Assembly (NCBI RefSeq): GCF_006345805.1
Contig: NC_042998.1
Coordinates: 20,336,001 to 20,400,000, forward strand
Source of the DNA: Octopus sinensis
Taxonomy: Eukaryota
Length of the DNA stretch: 64,000 nt
Reading direction: 5' to 3'
The stretch's first letter is position 1. Every line of letters begins with the position of its first letter. Positions 1 through 13,042 of this stretch are shown here, piece after piece. A program made the position numbers and the translations under genes. The notes beneath the pieces were generated by a model. The model made no database searches. It saw nothing but the letters and a program-made list of their open reading frames with translations, and was not told where the DNA came from.

Positions 1-6
1 AGACGG

Positions 7-79
7 TTCGATGCAGCTGCTCTCATCTGCACCTCCTGCCGTGAAGTTGGTTCATCTGGGATACCTGACAGGAAGAGAT
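7..79 (-). mobile_element. Short fragment of the CR1-like LINE 3' coding region
   Basis: Near-identical to about 30478-30551 of the large LINE (gttcgatgcagctgc...acctgacaggaagagat). Confidence 0.8.
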
Positions 80-561
80 ACATGCATTCGTACATCAACT
101 TACATATGATTATGTAAGAATGTTTCTATGTAGGTTAGGGTAAGGAGAGATGAGCTGCTTAATTGTGTCTATGTGTGTCTGTCTGTGTCTGTCTCTGTTT
201 GACACCGCATGAAAAAACGGTGCCTATGTCTATATCAATACCTTCCTTGTGCAATAAATGGGAATGGTTAAATGAAACACCAGTATGGCTATAGTTTAAT
301 GACTGAAGCAAGTAAAAGATTATCTATGTGCGTGTGTGAGAATGTACGTGTGTGTGTGTGTGTGTGTGTGTGTTAGTGAAGGAGAGGGTATTATGTGTGT
401 GGGTATGTGTATTACACACGCACTCATAAATATTTATGAGTGTGAAAGTGCCTGCATTTGTTTACGTATTGGCATCTATGTATCTTAGTAGGCAGCTATC
501 AGGCCTCATCATATGGTTATTAAACATTAATATGTGAGCTTCTTCACAGCGTATGTACGTA

Positions 562-687
562 TAAAAACACATACATACATACATACACACACACATATCT
601 ATATATATATATACCTATATAAATATGTATATACATATGAATATATATATATTAATATACATACATATATATTCATATATATCTATA

Positions 688-723
<36 letters not shown>

Positions 724-1113
724 CACACACATACAAATATATACATATATATGTATATACATATATATATTCATATGTATATACATATATATATTCATAT
801 ATATATATACATATTTATGTTTATGCATATGTATTTATATGTAATATGTATACATATATATGTATATTTGTATATACATATGTATATATATATATGTGTG
901 TGTGTGTGTGTAATATATATTTATATAAATATGTGTGTGTGTGTAATATATATTTATATAAATATGTGTGTGTGTGTAATATATATTTATATAAATATAT
1001 ATCTGTGTGTGTATATATATTTATATGAATATATATATTTGTGTGTGTATATATATATTTATATAAATATATATATTTGTGTGTATATATATATATGTAA
1101 ATAAATATATACG

Positions 1114-1144
<31 letters not shown>

Positions 1145-1165
1145 GTGTGTGTATACACTTGTACA
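562..1165. repeat. Compound (AT)n/(ACAT)n/(GT)n microsatellite
   Basis: Directly visible; includes a roughly 30-bp higher-order unit (gtgtgtaatatatatttatataaatat). Confidence 0.95.
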
Positions 1166-1862
1166 TATAAACATTATGCCTGTCTCTTTTATCATAAATG
1201 TTCTGGAACAAAAGTAAAAAAAGGAAATAACATAAACGGCTATATATGTATGCTGTATATGTATCTGCTCTATCTGTCTGTATGGCTAAGTTACAAAAAT
1301 AGTTTTGCATTCTGGGTATGAAATATATTTATTATTATTCGATTCCAATCTCGTGTGGTAGGATACTGATTAAATAATGAAAGGAAACACTTTTTAACTT
1401 AATAGAATATTAACAATTTTATTTATAATAGGATTTCCTGTCTGGGACGTCGTCTTTACAAAAACAACTTACTATTAGTAAACTGTCGCTTTGAAATACA
1501 CATTGAGAGAATTGTTTTGATTTATTAGACATATTTAATTGATAAGGATTTTTTATTGCCCTTTCTATTTGAAACTGTAAGCAGAACTCTGCACAGACTA
1601 TCTACACTATAATTGTACACCATTTTCAAACACCTAGGTCTCTACAGAAAAAATTCCTAGATAAAAATTCTCACTCTTTACATAGATATTTCCAACCCCG
1701 AATTTATGCTTGCTTTTACAAATTTTTCACAAGTAAAACACTTTACGCCATTATTTTCTACAATGATATTTTATATGCTTAAACTCACCACATTTAACGC
1801 TCCGCATTCTATATTTCTCTGCATGCAAATTCTCTGAACCTTATGTCTACATAAATATTTTT

Positions 1863-2282
1863 GGATCTTTTCGGTTTGAACGGCAGTTTTTTTCTAGCGG
1901 TGTCATATGAAATTGTCACCCATAATTATGACGCTAGTATCGATCTATTGCATTTCAATCTGTTTTAGGGTTAGGGTTGGTTAAGGGTGGGGTGGGAGTA
2001 TCATTTTTTCTTCGGAAATGTAAATAAACCCAATCTGTTTCTTAAACGAGGGACATTTTCATACGGCACAGAATGTTTACACCTCAATAGACGTCATTGA
2101 TTGGTTGAAATTGCAGAAATTGAAAAAAAAAACAACAAATATCTTACAAACTATAGAATTTTCTCAATAAAGCCAAGAGAAAAAGATGTTTTATAAACAC
2201 ATTCTACCAGTATACGAAGTTTAAAAGTGTTTAGTTACGTGGAAATTATTTTAAAAAACTGCCTTTCAAACCGAAAATATCC
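1863..2282 (-). mobile_element. MITE family M (TIR ggatcttttcggtttgaacggcagtttt), copy 1
   Basis: About 28-bp terminal inverted repeats; degenerate 8-bp TSD atattttt/agattttc; reverse complement of the copies at 2885, 40325 and 59877; internal TTAGGG-like tract at 1965-1996. Confidence 0.9.
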
Positions 2283-2884
2283 AGATTTTCTTCATACAGA
2301 CACTCGATGTCATCACACAGCAGACAAAGACTCACTTCTATGAACCTTTGTCGTTAATACTTTTAAGGAATACAACTAATTGATTATATTTGCAATGGGA
2401 AATTCGATTAGATTCCCAGTGTCTATAGTCTAAACTGAACACCGTCTTGAAACAGACATCGTGCTGGTGCAAACACCAAGCATAAGTACAGCCAGTGTGC
2501 CGTTCAAGAATTTGGACCTGGAGATCTCCATTTCCAGCGACTTGGAGGGCCACCTCCCAGTGGTGTCGGGCGTCAACGAAGAGCCCTCGACTACAACAAG
2601 ACGACCAAAGTTGTTTTTTTCCAAGGTCTGGGGTCTCCCGCCCCTAAGCACTAGACCATCACCTAATCACCCTTACCCGTCTTGTTGCTTAACAACAACA
2701 ACTACAGCCAGTGATGCATTCTTCTATGCGGACAATGCTTCCGCGAACTGGATGTCTTACAGATAAATAAACACAACAGGAGGAAACCAGAATTGCATGG
2801 ATATTTTATATATAACCATAATTCTGAAGCAACAAAAAGCAACAATGCTTGCGATATAGGTGTAGACTATTAATAAAAAATGTT

Positions 2885-3297
2885 GAATCTTTTCGGTTTG
2901 AACGGCAGTTTTTAACATAATTTCTAGGTAATTAAAAAAATTTTAACTTCGTATACTGGTAGAATGTGTTTATAAAACATCTTTTTCTCTTGCCTTTATT
3001 GAGAAAATTCTATAGTTTGTAAGATATTTGTGGGGATTTTTTTTCTTCAATTTCTGCAATTTCAACCAATCAGTAACGTCTATTGAGGTAAAAAGCATTC
3101 TGTGCCGTATGAATATGTCCTTCGTTTAAGAAACAAATCGGGTTTATTTACATTTGTGAAGAAAAAAAGACACCCTTCCCCCAACCCTAACCCTAAAAGA
3201 AATTGAAATGCAATAGATCGATTCTAGGGTCATAATTATGGGTGACAATTTCATATGACACCGCTAGAAAAAACTGCCGTTCAAACGGAAAAGATCC
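2885..3297 (+). mobile_element. MITE family M, copy 2
   Basis: TIRs; perfect 8-bp TSD aaaatgtt (2877-2884 / 3298-3305). Confidence 0.92.
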
Positions 3298-3859
3298 AAA
3301 ATGTTTTGAAAAGGACATTCATAATTATTACAACAAACAAGAATAAATAACGCCTGGGTTGTGAATCATCTAAAACGATGCTCTACGTTCTACGAGAATA
3401 GGTTTGCCTAACTCTGACATTATAACAGAGCCAAGCTACTCTGCAAACACCTAATCAACTCGTTCAAGAAACTTTTCTATAGTACTAATATCTTTTTAGA
3501 AAATTGCTTCAAAATTAGTTTGACATACAGTCAAACCAACAGAGAACACTTAAACCAGACCTAATTTACCACAAAAGAAATTACAATAGTCAACTAATTA
3601 TCGACACAACTAATACCAGCTCATTATAATACTGTGCAGAAGCAAGTTGAAACGCAAAGTAATTAGAGCGAACTCGGTAATAAATTTTTAAAATTATTGG
3701 TGAAGCCTGTCATCCAATTTGTATTTGTGTTTGGTTACTCAACCATTTCTGTAGAGACATTGACAGATTACTCATGAAGATGATGCATGTAAGCAGATTC
3801 CAGAAAATAACAGCAGTAAGATTTATTTTGTTATGGCATCATCTCACGGAATTTGAAAC

Positions 3860-4990
3860 CTGTGAAACTGTTTATGCATGTTGTTCCAAGATGTACATAA
3901 TTTTCGTTTTTTCAGTCAAGTAGATTGATATAATCTTCAACGCATGAATAATAATGGCCCTAATAATGCACCTCACTCCCACTTTTGCTTCTTTTAAAAG
4001 ACACGGGTACTGATAATAAATTCTATATGCTCTTAACTCATCACATTCCGGTGGTGTGTTGGAACGCCGAGAGCGGTGATGCACTAAGAACACGATATCA
4101 TAGAGAATTCTAAAGGTGAACAGGTGTCACCGCTTTCTTTAGACATGATTTTCCTCAGTATGTCTTTTTTGGCCCTTGATCAAGCTTAGATAATAGGTGA
4201 GCGTTCTGCTTCTGGAGTGTTTACATGTACCTTCACAGCACCTAACAAAATGGCTAATGCAGTCGGCGGAAATTCAGCATTTGCATTCAAAACCTGGATA
4301 TTCGAGGATATGAGTGAGAATAGCTTGAGAAGATGAGAACTGACTTTCAGGAAGATTTTCAGCTCAAGAATTATAAACGCATTTTCAAACGTCCTTAACT
4401 CTGATGTGCTACAGCCAAAGGTGTATAAGCTTTGGCAGTACCTCAGATGAAGCTGGGATGCGTAGGAAATACGAAACAGCCTCCCACACACTCGTACAAC
4501 GTGTGGAGATTACTGACATGGAATTATGTCAAACGGCTATTATCGCATTTGAGACAAATATCACTTTCTCATCCAATCTCTGGCAAATAAAGGCTAGCAA
4601 TTTTACGCTGTCTGGTCGCTACGACATAAGGTATTGTGTGGGTAACTCCTTTAAAAGGTCTGAGGATGTAATATCTCATTCTCGACAAAATCCTCAATTT
4701 GGAATTAGCAGTGAGGGCTAAGAGAAAAGTTCGGTCATCTAAGAAATTTGCTAAATGTTAGATGAGTGGATGGGAGTGGTAAATTTGTAAACTATTGCAG
4801 ATCTAGTTTCGATTCTCGTCTGCTGGTGCGGTTGTCACTCTTTGGAGAGGGATATATCTATAATACATTTTATTCCATAGATATTGTTTCTCTTCACACA
4901 CAGATACTCACACACGCACATTGTTTTGTTTTGTTTTTTTTGTTTTTGTAATACACCTCATCCGCCGCCCCTGTGACAAATAAATCATTA
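3860..4990 (+). pseudogene. Highly decayed L1/Tx1-like LINE, ORF2 C-terminus plus 3' UTR
   Basis: Frameshifted translation gives FQTSLTLMCY...YETASHTLVQRVEITD/WNYVKRLLSHLRQISLS...LVATT*GIVWVTPLKGL, resembling the zinc-knuckle (ET..H.L..C...LW.YV) C-terminal region of Tx1-like ORF2s (from memory); AATAAA near 4979. Confidence 0.5.
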
Positions 4991-6258
4991 TTGTTAATAT
5001 CGTTAGAACGGATTTTGGTTGCAGCTCTTTACGAATCCCGTCGGTATTGCCCCTACCTTTCATTCTCGCAAAGTCGATAAAGGAAATACTCAACCATTGG
5101 AGTAGATATAACCAAAGCTTTGTTATGTTTTTGTTCTTGTTGTTGCTTTGTGTCAACATAATAATTGATCATTATAACTAAAGGATAGAATATTAAATAT
5201 CCAGCATGTAAAGACATTACAGCCTCACTGACGGATTACTCGTTCGGCCATCAATCAAAACGAACAGTTGCCAGTCTCTGGTTAAATTTAATCTTTTGTC
5301 AAAACCCCCACAAACTAAACGCGTGTTGACGTGGTACACCCAACGGAAGCAATCTTAATTCAACTGTCAGAGAAATAAGCATCTGAGAAATGTCTTGAGA
5401 ATGTCCTGGGAAATCTTAAACATGGAGTTTGTATTTAACGTCACAAGAATCATAGAATATAATGCTATTCACTCGAAATGCCTTATGTATTTATCAAGTA
5501 AATAAGAGAAAAAGAAACGAAGATATTTGCATAAGGATTCGTTTTATAAGTCATGATTTATTCATGAGATTCGGAAACGGGCAGGATAAGACGATTATGT
5601 TAATGATAGTGTTTCGATTATTTGTCTATTTATTTCCTTAAATACGTAGATTTCTATCAGAAATCTTGCGGTGAGACTGAGTGATAATGCACCTGGGCGT
5701 TGAAATTTTACCTGTTAAATAAAGGTTCTAAGATCAAACTTCTCTTGTGTAGAATGCTTATACACGTACAAATACACTTACTTCTGGTTTTCATCGATTA
5801 CGATTATATCGGAATTTAGTGGGGAAGAATTGGAGAAGGGCTTATTTTTCACGCATCTCGACTTTATTTCCTCATAAGTCTTTATGATGTTCATTATAAT
5901 TACGTTGGAAAATTAAACTACTTTGAAGGACTATTCCACCCTTTTCTTTTCTAGAATTTGTGTGGTGATTTATTTTCTGAATAAAATGAAATTTTCCAGG
6001 CCTCTACAATACCAAACAGCCAGACCAACGAATTCACCTCTGGTATTTTTTCCCAATTTTTCTGATATCTCTGGAAAATTCCATTCTATTAAATAAAATC
6101 ATTCAATAAATTTTAGATGGGAAAGGAAGGAATATACCTCCAAAGTAATATGTTTTTCAACCTAATTGTACTTTAAATCATCAAAATGCATGAGGAAACA
6201 GTCGAGTTGCGTGAAATATCCACCATTCCCGTTTTTTTTTCTTTAAAATTCCGATATA

Positions 6259-6435
6259 GGCGCAGGAGTGGATGTGTGGTAAGCAGCTTGCTTACAAACC
6301 ACATGGTTCCGGGTTCAGTCCCACTGCGTGGCACCTTGGGCAAAAGTTTTCTACTATAGTCTCGGGCCGACCAAAGCCTTGTGAGTGGATTTGGTAGACG
6401 GAAACTTAAAGACGCCCGTCGTGTATGTATATATA

Positions 6436-6468
<33 letters not shown>

Positions 6469-6670
6469 ATGTGTGTGTGTGTGTGTGTACGTATATGTTG
6501 TGTATCTGTGTTTGTCGCCCCCAACGTCGTAACTTAGCGGTTCGGCAAAAGAGACCGATAGAATAAGTACTAGGCTTACAAAGAAAAAGTTGTGGGGTCG
6601 ATTTGATTCGACTAAAGGCGGTGCTTCAGCATGGCCGCTATCAAATGACTGTAACAAGTAAAAGAATAAA
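6259..6670 (+). mobile_element. SINE family A (tRNA-derived head, internal microsatellite, CR1-like 3' tail)
   Basis: A box gtgtggtaag, B box ggttcagtcc; tail ggcggtgc..cagcatggcc..atgactg; more than 10 copies in the window. Confidence 0.9.
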
Positions 6671-6931
6671 AAAAAATATACTCGTCATCTTAATCTAAAA
6701 GGTATTTGTAAAAAATTTCATCAAAAAATACCAATTTCTCAGAACATTATGATGAAACAAATTTGGTGAGATGAACACACCTCTGTAATCAGAAGATTAT
6801 TGATGAAAAACAGGCCGATCTAATTGCACAAAGCAAAACACGATATGCCAAGTCAAGAGTAAATATCTCCTGCTTTTGACGGAGAATTGGAAAATATCAG
6901 AAAATTGCATAACACAACAATATTTTCATAT

Positions 6932-7308
6932 GTGGAGGCGAATGGCCCAGTGGTTAAGGCAGCGGACTCGCAGTCGTAGGAACGCCGTTTCGATTCCCAG
7001 ACCGGGCGCTGTGAGTGTTTATTGAGCGAAAACACCTAGTAGCTCCACGAAGCTCCGGCAGGAGGTGGTGGAAAACCCTTCTGTACCCTTTCGTCACAAC
7101 TTTCTCTCACTCTTTCTTCCTGTTTCTGTTGTACCTGTATTTCAAAGGGCCAGCCTTGTCACACACTGTGTCACGCTGAATCTCCCCGAGAACTATGTTA
7201 AGGGTACACGTGTTTGTTGAGTGGTCAGTCACACGTTAATTTCATGAACAAATTGTTCCGTTGATCGGATTAACTGGTACACTCGTCATCATAACCGACG
7301 GAGTGCCA
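6932..7308 (+). mobile_element. SINE family B (tRNA-derived head), tail type 1
   Basis: Head tggcccagtggttaaggcagcggactcg..tttcgattccc; tail ...taaccgacggagtgcc; matches the copies at 38334 and 57006. Confidence 0.88.
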
Positions 7309-7489
7309 CGATTTTCCCATTCTGTGATTAAAGTCTCACGTAGAACACTTATATAAAGCATCTCCATACGACACACTAATAAAGTACGTTTACTGATTAT
7401 AACAACACTGGCCCTTGCCGATACTCACCTCCATGAGTCTCTTCAAATTCTAATGATCTGAAAACCTAAGTCATTCGTTTTTTGTTTGT

Positions 7490-7872
7490 TTACTCTTTTA
7501 CTTGCTTCAGTCATTTGACTGGGGCCATGCTGGAGCACCGCCTTTAGTTGAGTAAATCAACCCCAGGACTTATTCTTTGTAAGCCTAGTACTTATTCTAT
7601 CGGTGCCTTTTACCGAACCGCTAAGTTACGGGGACGTAAACACACTAGCATCGGCTGTCAGGCGATGTTGGGGAGACAAACACACACACACACACATATA
7701 CATATAAATATATACGACGGGCTTCTTTTCAGTTTCCGTCTACCAAATCCATTCACAAGGCTTTGGTCGGCCCGAGACTATAGTAGAAGACACTTGCCCA
7801 AGGTGCCAGGCAGTGGGACTGAACCCGGAACCATGTGGTTGGTAAGCAAGCTACTTACTACACAGCCACTCC
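7490..7872 (-). mobile_element. SINE family A
   Basis: Reverse complement of the family A sequence. Confidence 0.9.
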
Positions 7873-7994
7873 ATGAAATTTGAGCACCTACCATAACTGA
7901 TTTGGGGAAAGAAATTCCTCTCAGATCTGGAAATGCATGCTGGTTGCGACCTCTTGATGGTGATGGTGCTGCTGATGATGATGATTTTCATTTG

Positions 7995-8774
7995 CTACTG
8001 CTTGTTTCGCTCATTAGACTACAGCCATGCCAGGACACTGCCTTTAAGTATTTAGTCGAACAAATTCACCTTAGCACATTTTCTGAAGCCTGGTAATTAT
8101 TTTATCGGTCTTTTTTCTGCCGAACCTGCAACGTTTTGAGGATATAAACAAACTGACACCGGTTGTCAGGTGGTGGTGGGGAGACAAACACAGACACAAA
8201 GATACACATAAACGCACTGATACACACACATATATTACTCTTTTACTGCGACCATGCTGGAGCATCACCATTTAGCCGAGCAAATCGACCCCAAGAGTAA
8301 TTCTTTAGAGGCCTAGTACTTATTCTATCGGTCTCTTTTGCCGAACCGCTAAGTTACGGGGACGGAAACACACCACCATTTGTTGTCAAGCGATGTTGGG
8401 GGGACAAAAACAGACATACAAACATATACACACATACATATATACACATACATATATATATACAACGGGCTTCTTTCCGTTTCCGTCTTCAAATCCACTC
8501 ACAAGGTTTTGGTCGGCCCGAGACTATAGTAGAAGACACTTGACTAAGGTGCCACGCAGTGGGAATGAACCCGGAACCATGTGGCTAGTAAGCAAGCTAC
8601 TTATCATACAGCCATTCCTGGGCTTCTTTCAGTCTCTGTGTACCAAATCCACGCACAAGGCTTTGGTCGGCCCGGGGCTATAGTAGAAGATACCTGCCGA
8701 AGGTGACACGCTGTGTGATGGAACCTAGAACCATGTGGTTGGAACGCAAACTTCGTATCACACAGCCACGCCTG
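7995..8774 (-). mobile_element. Cluster of nested or partial SINE family A copies
   Basis: Diverged 3' half at about 7995-8230, near-full copy at about 8236-8620, 5' half at about 8620-8774. This is consistent with a younger copy inserted into the middle of an older one. Confidence 0.8.
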
Positions 8775-9913
8775 GATGAGGATTCAACATGACTTCTAAG
8801 TCCCATATACAACTGCAGCTGCTAAAATAGTGGAGTAGTAGAACAGTAGTCAAATTGGAAATGCTTTTTATGCCATGTTGGCCGAGCGATTGTTAAATAA
8901 ACCATGATCATACAAGGCTCTCGTAAAAGCCTGTTTTAAGTTGGTATTGTCTGTTTTGTTCTGTATTTTCAATTTTTTAAATGTCACTTTTTGTAATGAA
9001 GGAATTGCTTACACATTTAACGAAAATTGTTCAGTGCCGTATGTGACATCGCAGGCAATGAAGAGTTAAATCATTTCCATTTACGCTGGGGACGAATTTG
9101 GCTTCGTATTAAAGGCGGTGCCTGCCCGTTTGTCTGCGTTTCTCAAGAGACATGAATAATTTTGATATTCTCTCCTTTCTTGTAATTGATTATGCACGTA
9201 AATGTTTAATGATGTAGTATATGAGAGACTGTTAATCTCTGTTGCTTTATTTATATAAGAAAATGAACACATATATTGCTGAAAATATCACATGGGAAAA
9301 CTTTCAGGTTTTAATATGTGAAATAATCTCACTTTTTTTTTAATTCGTTTAAAGCATTGATTTAATTCTTTAAATATTAATTAGACTTTTGCCCTACTTT
9401 TAATGTTGAATTTTCTTGATGGTAAATCAGAGATAGACGTAGAAAATAAAGATTTTTCATATGTAATGTCATACATTCAATAAAGTCGGTAGGTGGGATG
9501 AAATGAAGCTGCAGACTGTAGTTTGTAGAGTAAGGGAGGAGGGGGGTTGGAATTCTCATCAAATTAACCTTCAGTTGCAATGCCGATCCTAGTTTTTTTT
9601 AAAGTATCTTTGGAAATACAAGTAGTCTACCTCTTCCGAAGTTCTCTTTATCAATACAAAGAAAATCAGTACTGAAGTATGTGACACACGCCGAAGAATA
9701 GGATGTGAATTCCTATGTTATTCAAATATTCTCTGGATGCAAGTTCATTTCCCCCATGCGACTGAAAATTTTGAAGCCATGAATATCACATAATTTCATT
9801 CTTCTACATTGTATATGTCCATTTTGTAAAAGCATGACAGGTCGTGATTTGAGACATATTTGCCAGCTGTTTCTAACAAGTTGAACAACCACGTAGAAGC
9901 TTTCTAAAATATA

Positions 9914-10388
9914 CTAGTGTGCCCGTGCCGTAAGAAATGACGGCATAAAACTGATACGGAAAATAAAATTAAATTTAAAAGATTACAACCTTTATCTTAG
10001 CAATTGCTTCAACACCACGATTCTAGTGAAAACCTTATCACCAATGAGTTCACCTTGTTTTGGATGGTCCTTTACTAACATTTTAAGATTATTACTGCTT
10101 CTACTTCTAATCAATGTAACATATAATCGTCCATGGCTGAATACTGGTGACAGTAGGATGATGCCAATATTATTGAAGCTCTGCCCTTGTGGTTTGTTTA
10201 TAGTCATTGAAAATGTTGAGATAACAGGAAACTAAAGGAAAAGGTTGTCTCACTGGGACGCAAGATGATGCGCTGAATAAAGGCCTCCTCGCCTTTCCTA
10301 CTTCCCCAAAGTATTTTTCGATGAATGTAAAAAAACCTTGATGGACAGCACTAAGATCCGGGTTCCATTGAGTAAATTTCTCATGGGT
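9914..10388 (-). mobile_element. Helitron 3' fragment: PIF1-type helicase C-terminus plus terminal hairpin/CTAG
   Basis: Translation MRNLLNGTR...FPVISTFSMTINKPQGQS...PVFSHGRLYV matches Helitron RepHel helicase motifs; hairpin tgccgt/acggca (9926-9945) followed by CTAG|T at 9917-9913 on the minus strand. Confidence 0.9.
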
Positions 10389-10768
10389 TCACTTAAAATT
10401 ATCAGTGAACTGATAACAAACATTATACACCGTAAATGTACACGCACACATTGGAACCGAAAAATTAAAGCAAATGAACTTCATAAAATGTAAACAAACC
10501 ACTTCACTTGTGAAATGATTCTTCTGAGAGTCTTCTAACCTTATTTTATAGGGAGGTCTCTGCAGGCATATATAATATAGGGGGCATGTGCCGGACATGA
10601 TAGTTTCAACAGCTTCTAACTAACTTTTTTTTCACTGATAACCTTGCTAATATTTATTTCAAGAAGAACCTTTGCTATGGTCTTATGTTGGAATACAGTA
10701 TACGTATTTGATTGTTAACTTTGTTATATTTCCTTCGTAACAATATATATATATATATATATATATAT

Positions 10769-10832
10769 GATTGATTTTGATTTTTCTAGTTTCAGCTAAT
10801 GAGCTGTGGCCATGCTGGGGCACCGCCATTTA
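10769..10832 (-). mobile_element. Extremely 5'-truncated CR1-like LINE 3' end inside (TA)n
   Basis: Matches 30350-30413 (ctagtttcagct.atgagctgtggccatgctggggcaccgccattt). Confidence 0.8.
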
Positions 10833-10855
10833 TATATATATATATATATATATTA

Positions 10856-11231
10856 GGCGTAGGAGTGGCTGTGTGGTAAGTAGCTTGCTAACCAACCACA
10901 TGGTTCCGGGTTCAGTCCCACTGCGTGGCATCTTGGGCGAGTGTCTTCTGCTATAGCCCCGGGCCGACCAATGCCTTGATTTGGTAGACGGAAACTGAAA
11001 GAAGCCTGTCGTATATATGTGTATATATATATATAAGTGTATGTGTTTGTGTGTCTGTGTTTGTCCCCTTAGCATTGCTTGACAACCGATGCTGGTGTGT
11101 TTACGCCCCTGTCAAAAGAGACCGATAGAATAAGTACTGGGCTTACAAAGAATAAGTCCCGGGGTCGATTTGCTCGACTAAAGGCGGTGCTCCAGCATGG
11201 CCGCAGTCAAATGACTGAAACAAGTAAAAGA
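10856..11231 (+). mobile_element. SINE family A
   Basis: Head and tail present; flanked by (TA)n on both sides. Confidence 0.9.
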
Positions 11232-12341
11232 ATATATATATATATATATATATAATAGAATTTTTTTTTCGAAAAATTTTACCCTATATTAGATGTTAAT
11301 TTAATAGTGTTCACTTCCGGACTCTCTCACTTTACGAGAGTTTTTTTAGTTCGAATTGCACGTGTGTCTCGAGATGGGCTTGAGAGTTTCTATTTTGGAT
11401 ATATTTGTTGTGCTCATGACTTAGTGTTCACTTCTTCTATGGGTATAAGTAAATATTTCACTTATTTCTTTGCCGCATTCATCACTGATGAAAGGAAGGT
11501 TCGTAAAACTAACTCAGAAATCGGGTCCGATATGGTAATAACGGGATTTTTTAGAAATTTCTGTCGGCTTTCTTCGAAACGCATGCTTGTAGGGATAAAT
11601 TACATGGTTATTGAGGTTGTGTCTATTTTCGGCATATTTTGGCATTAGAAATTTTTTCTTTTGCCCTTACTCATAAATTGTGTATATATATAAGTGTGTG
11701 TGTGTGTGTGTGTGTAAACATGACAACAATATAAACATTTCCAAACTGCGTTTGTATCACAGCTATTACTCTCATTGTCATCTCCTAAATGACATGTGGT
11801 GAACACGACGCTCTCTTTACCATTTCCTCTCTCTCATTGCTATTACTTTCTCTCACTCCCTACCAGTCATGACTATTACTCTCACTACTTCTCCTTCACC
11901 GAATTACTATTTTCTCTCTTCTCCTTTCACTCATACTACTCTTTCCCTCACTCCCTCCTACTGCGTGATTTTGAACATATATATATAAACAAACACTATG
12001 CTAATTATCATCCTGAGTGTGTGTTCTGTTTAGAAATATATTTGTTCGCATAAGTATTACATGCGTCTGCTTTTAGTTTCCATGGTTATTTACCGCTAGA
12101 GCTCTTTACCTTTTATTCCTATAATAATTCTTATTATTTAAAAAAAAAACCATTATTATTATCATTGCTGTTGTCGTTGACTTCATTGATATTTATTAGT
12201 TTCGCAATAAAGAAATAACTTTAGTCTTGTTCTTGTTTTTTATTCCCAAATTTCGGTGGCCGAGTAACAAAGCTGGTTCGTATTTAGTCGATTGTATATA
12301 TTTCCACAGACGCAATCTTTCAAGCTGTTTGTCTGAAATGT

Positions 12342-12544
12342 TCAGTTTCTAAATACTAATTGCATTTGTTTCATCTTGGTAAACACTATTTGTATCCACT
12401 TTCTTTTGTTCTTTTTGTTCAAGGATACTATTACATAAGCTATAATAATAACCACTGATATAAATGTTAATCTTTTTTTAGGGCAATAGCAATTATATGT
12501 CCCACATGTTATGGCTTCTGTTGTTGGTGCAATATCCACGTGAT
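12342..12544 (-). CDS. Possible terminal coding exon of an unknown single-pass membrane protein
   Basis: Acceptor ttcacttag|; open frame with hydrophobic LTFISVVIIIAYVIVSL followed by basic NKKNKRK; phase-compatible with the candidate exon at 13043-13114. No homology recognised. Confidence 0.22.
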
Positions 12545-13042
12545 CTAAGTGAATTTACTTCAGGAAAACTACTTGATTTGGGTTTACTATACTAGAACAC
12601 AAATGTAATCTGTTTTATCTAGATTTCGTTAGTATTACAAATCGGCAAAATCTATCGATATATCCGTGAAATTCGTGTCGAACACTACGTAAGTAGATAT
12701 CAGTTTCTAGTGAACCTTGTTTGATTTCTTATGATAGCTGCTTGCCTTCATTTATTACTATCATAATTTCTTTCTAACTTACTTTCATATTTATTATGTA
12801 GCTATTCGCAAAATTACATCTTTGATCAAGATACTAACTTATTATTTACCTAACCCACGCAGAAACTTATGTAATTACTTTCTTATTGATGTATTTGCTA
12901 ACATGATTTCTTTTTTATTTACTAAATCCTTTCCTAACGTAATAATTTTACTTCCGTATTTATTTGTTTATTAACTTACCGAGTAACTTAATCATTACTT
13001 ATGACTCACATTATTTACTAATTTATATTTTTATCTACTTAC

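Noticed and set aside
534-1321. Long Y/I/H/T/C/V-rich ORFs (also about 21450-21990, 27870-28420, 34550-34850, 35950-37150, 44350-44980, 62570-62870)
   Set aside because: These are translations of AT/GT/ACAT/GGAT microsatellites, which lack stops in some frames.
1965-1976. True telomere or chromosome-fusion site
   Set aside because: Only two perfect TTAGGG units, internal to a multi-copy MITE.
1863-3297. Composite transposon formed by the two inverted MITEs
   Set aside because: Each copy has its own TSD and the outer flanks are not direct repeats.
1400-3830. Decayed Penelope RT/GIY-YIG ORF around the MITEs
   Set aside because: Only vague motif resemblance with many stops; cannot be supported without BLASTX/HMM.
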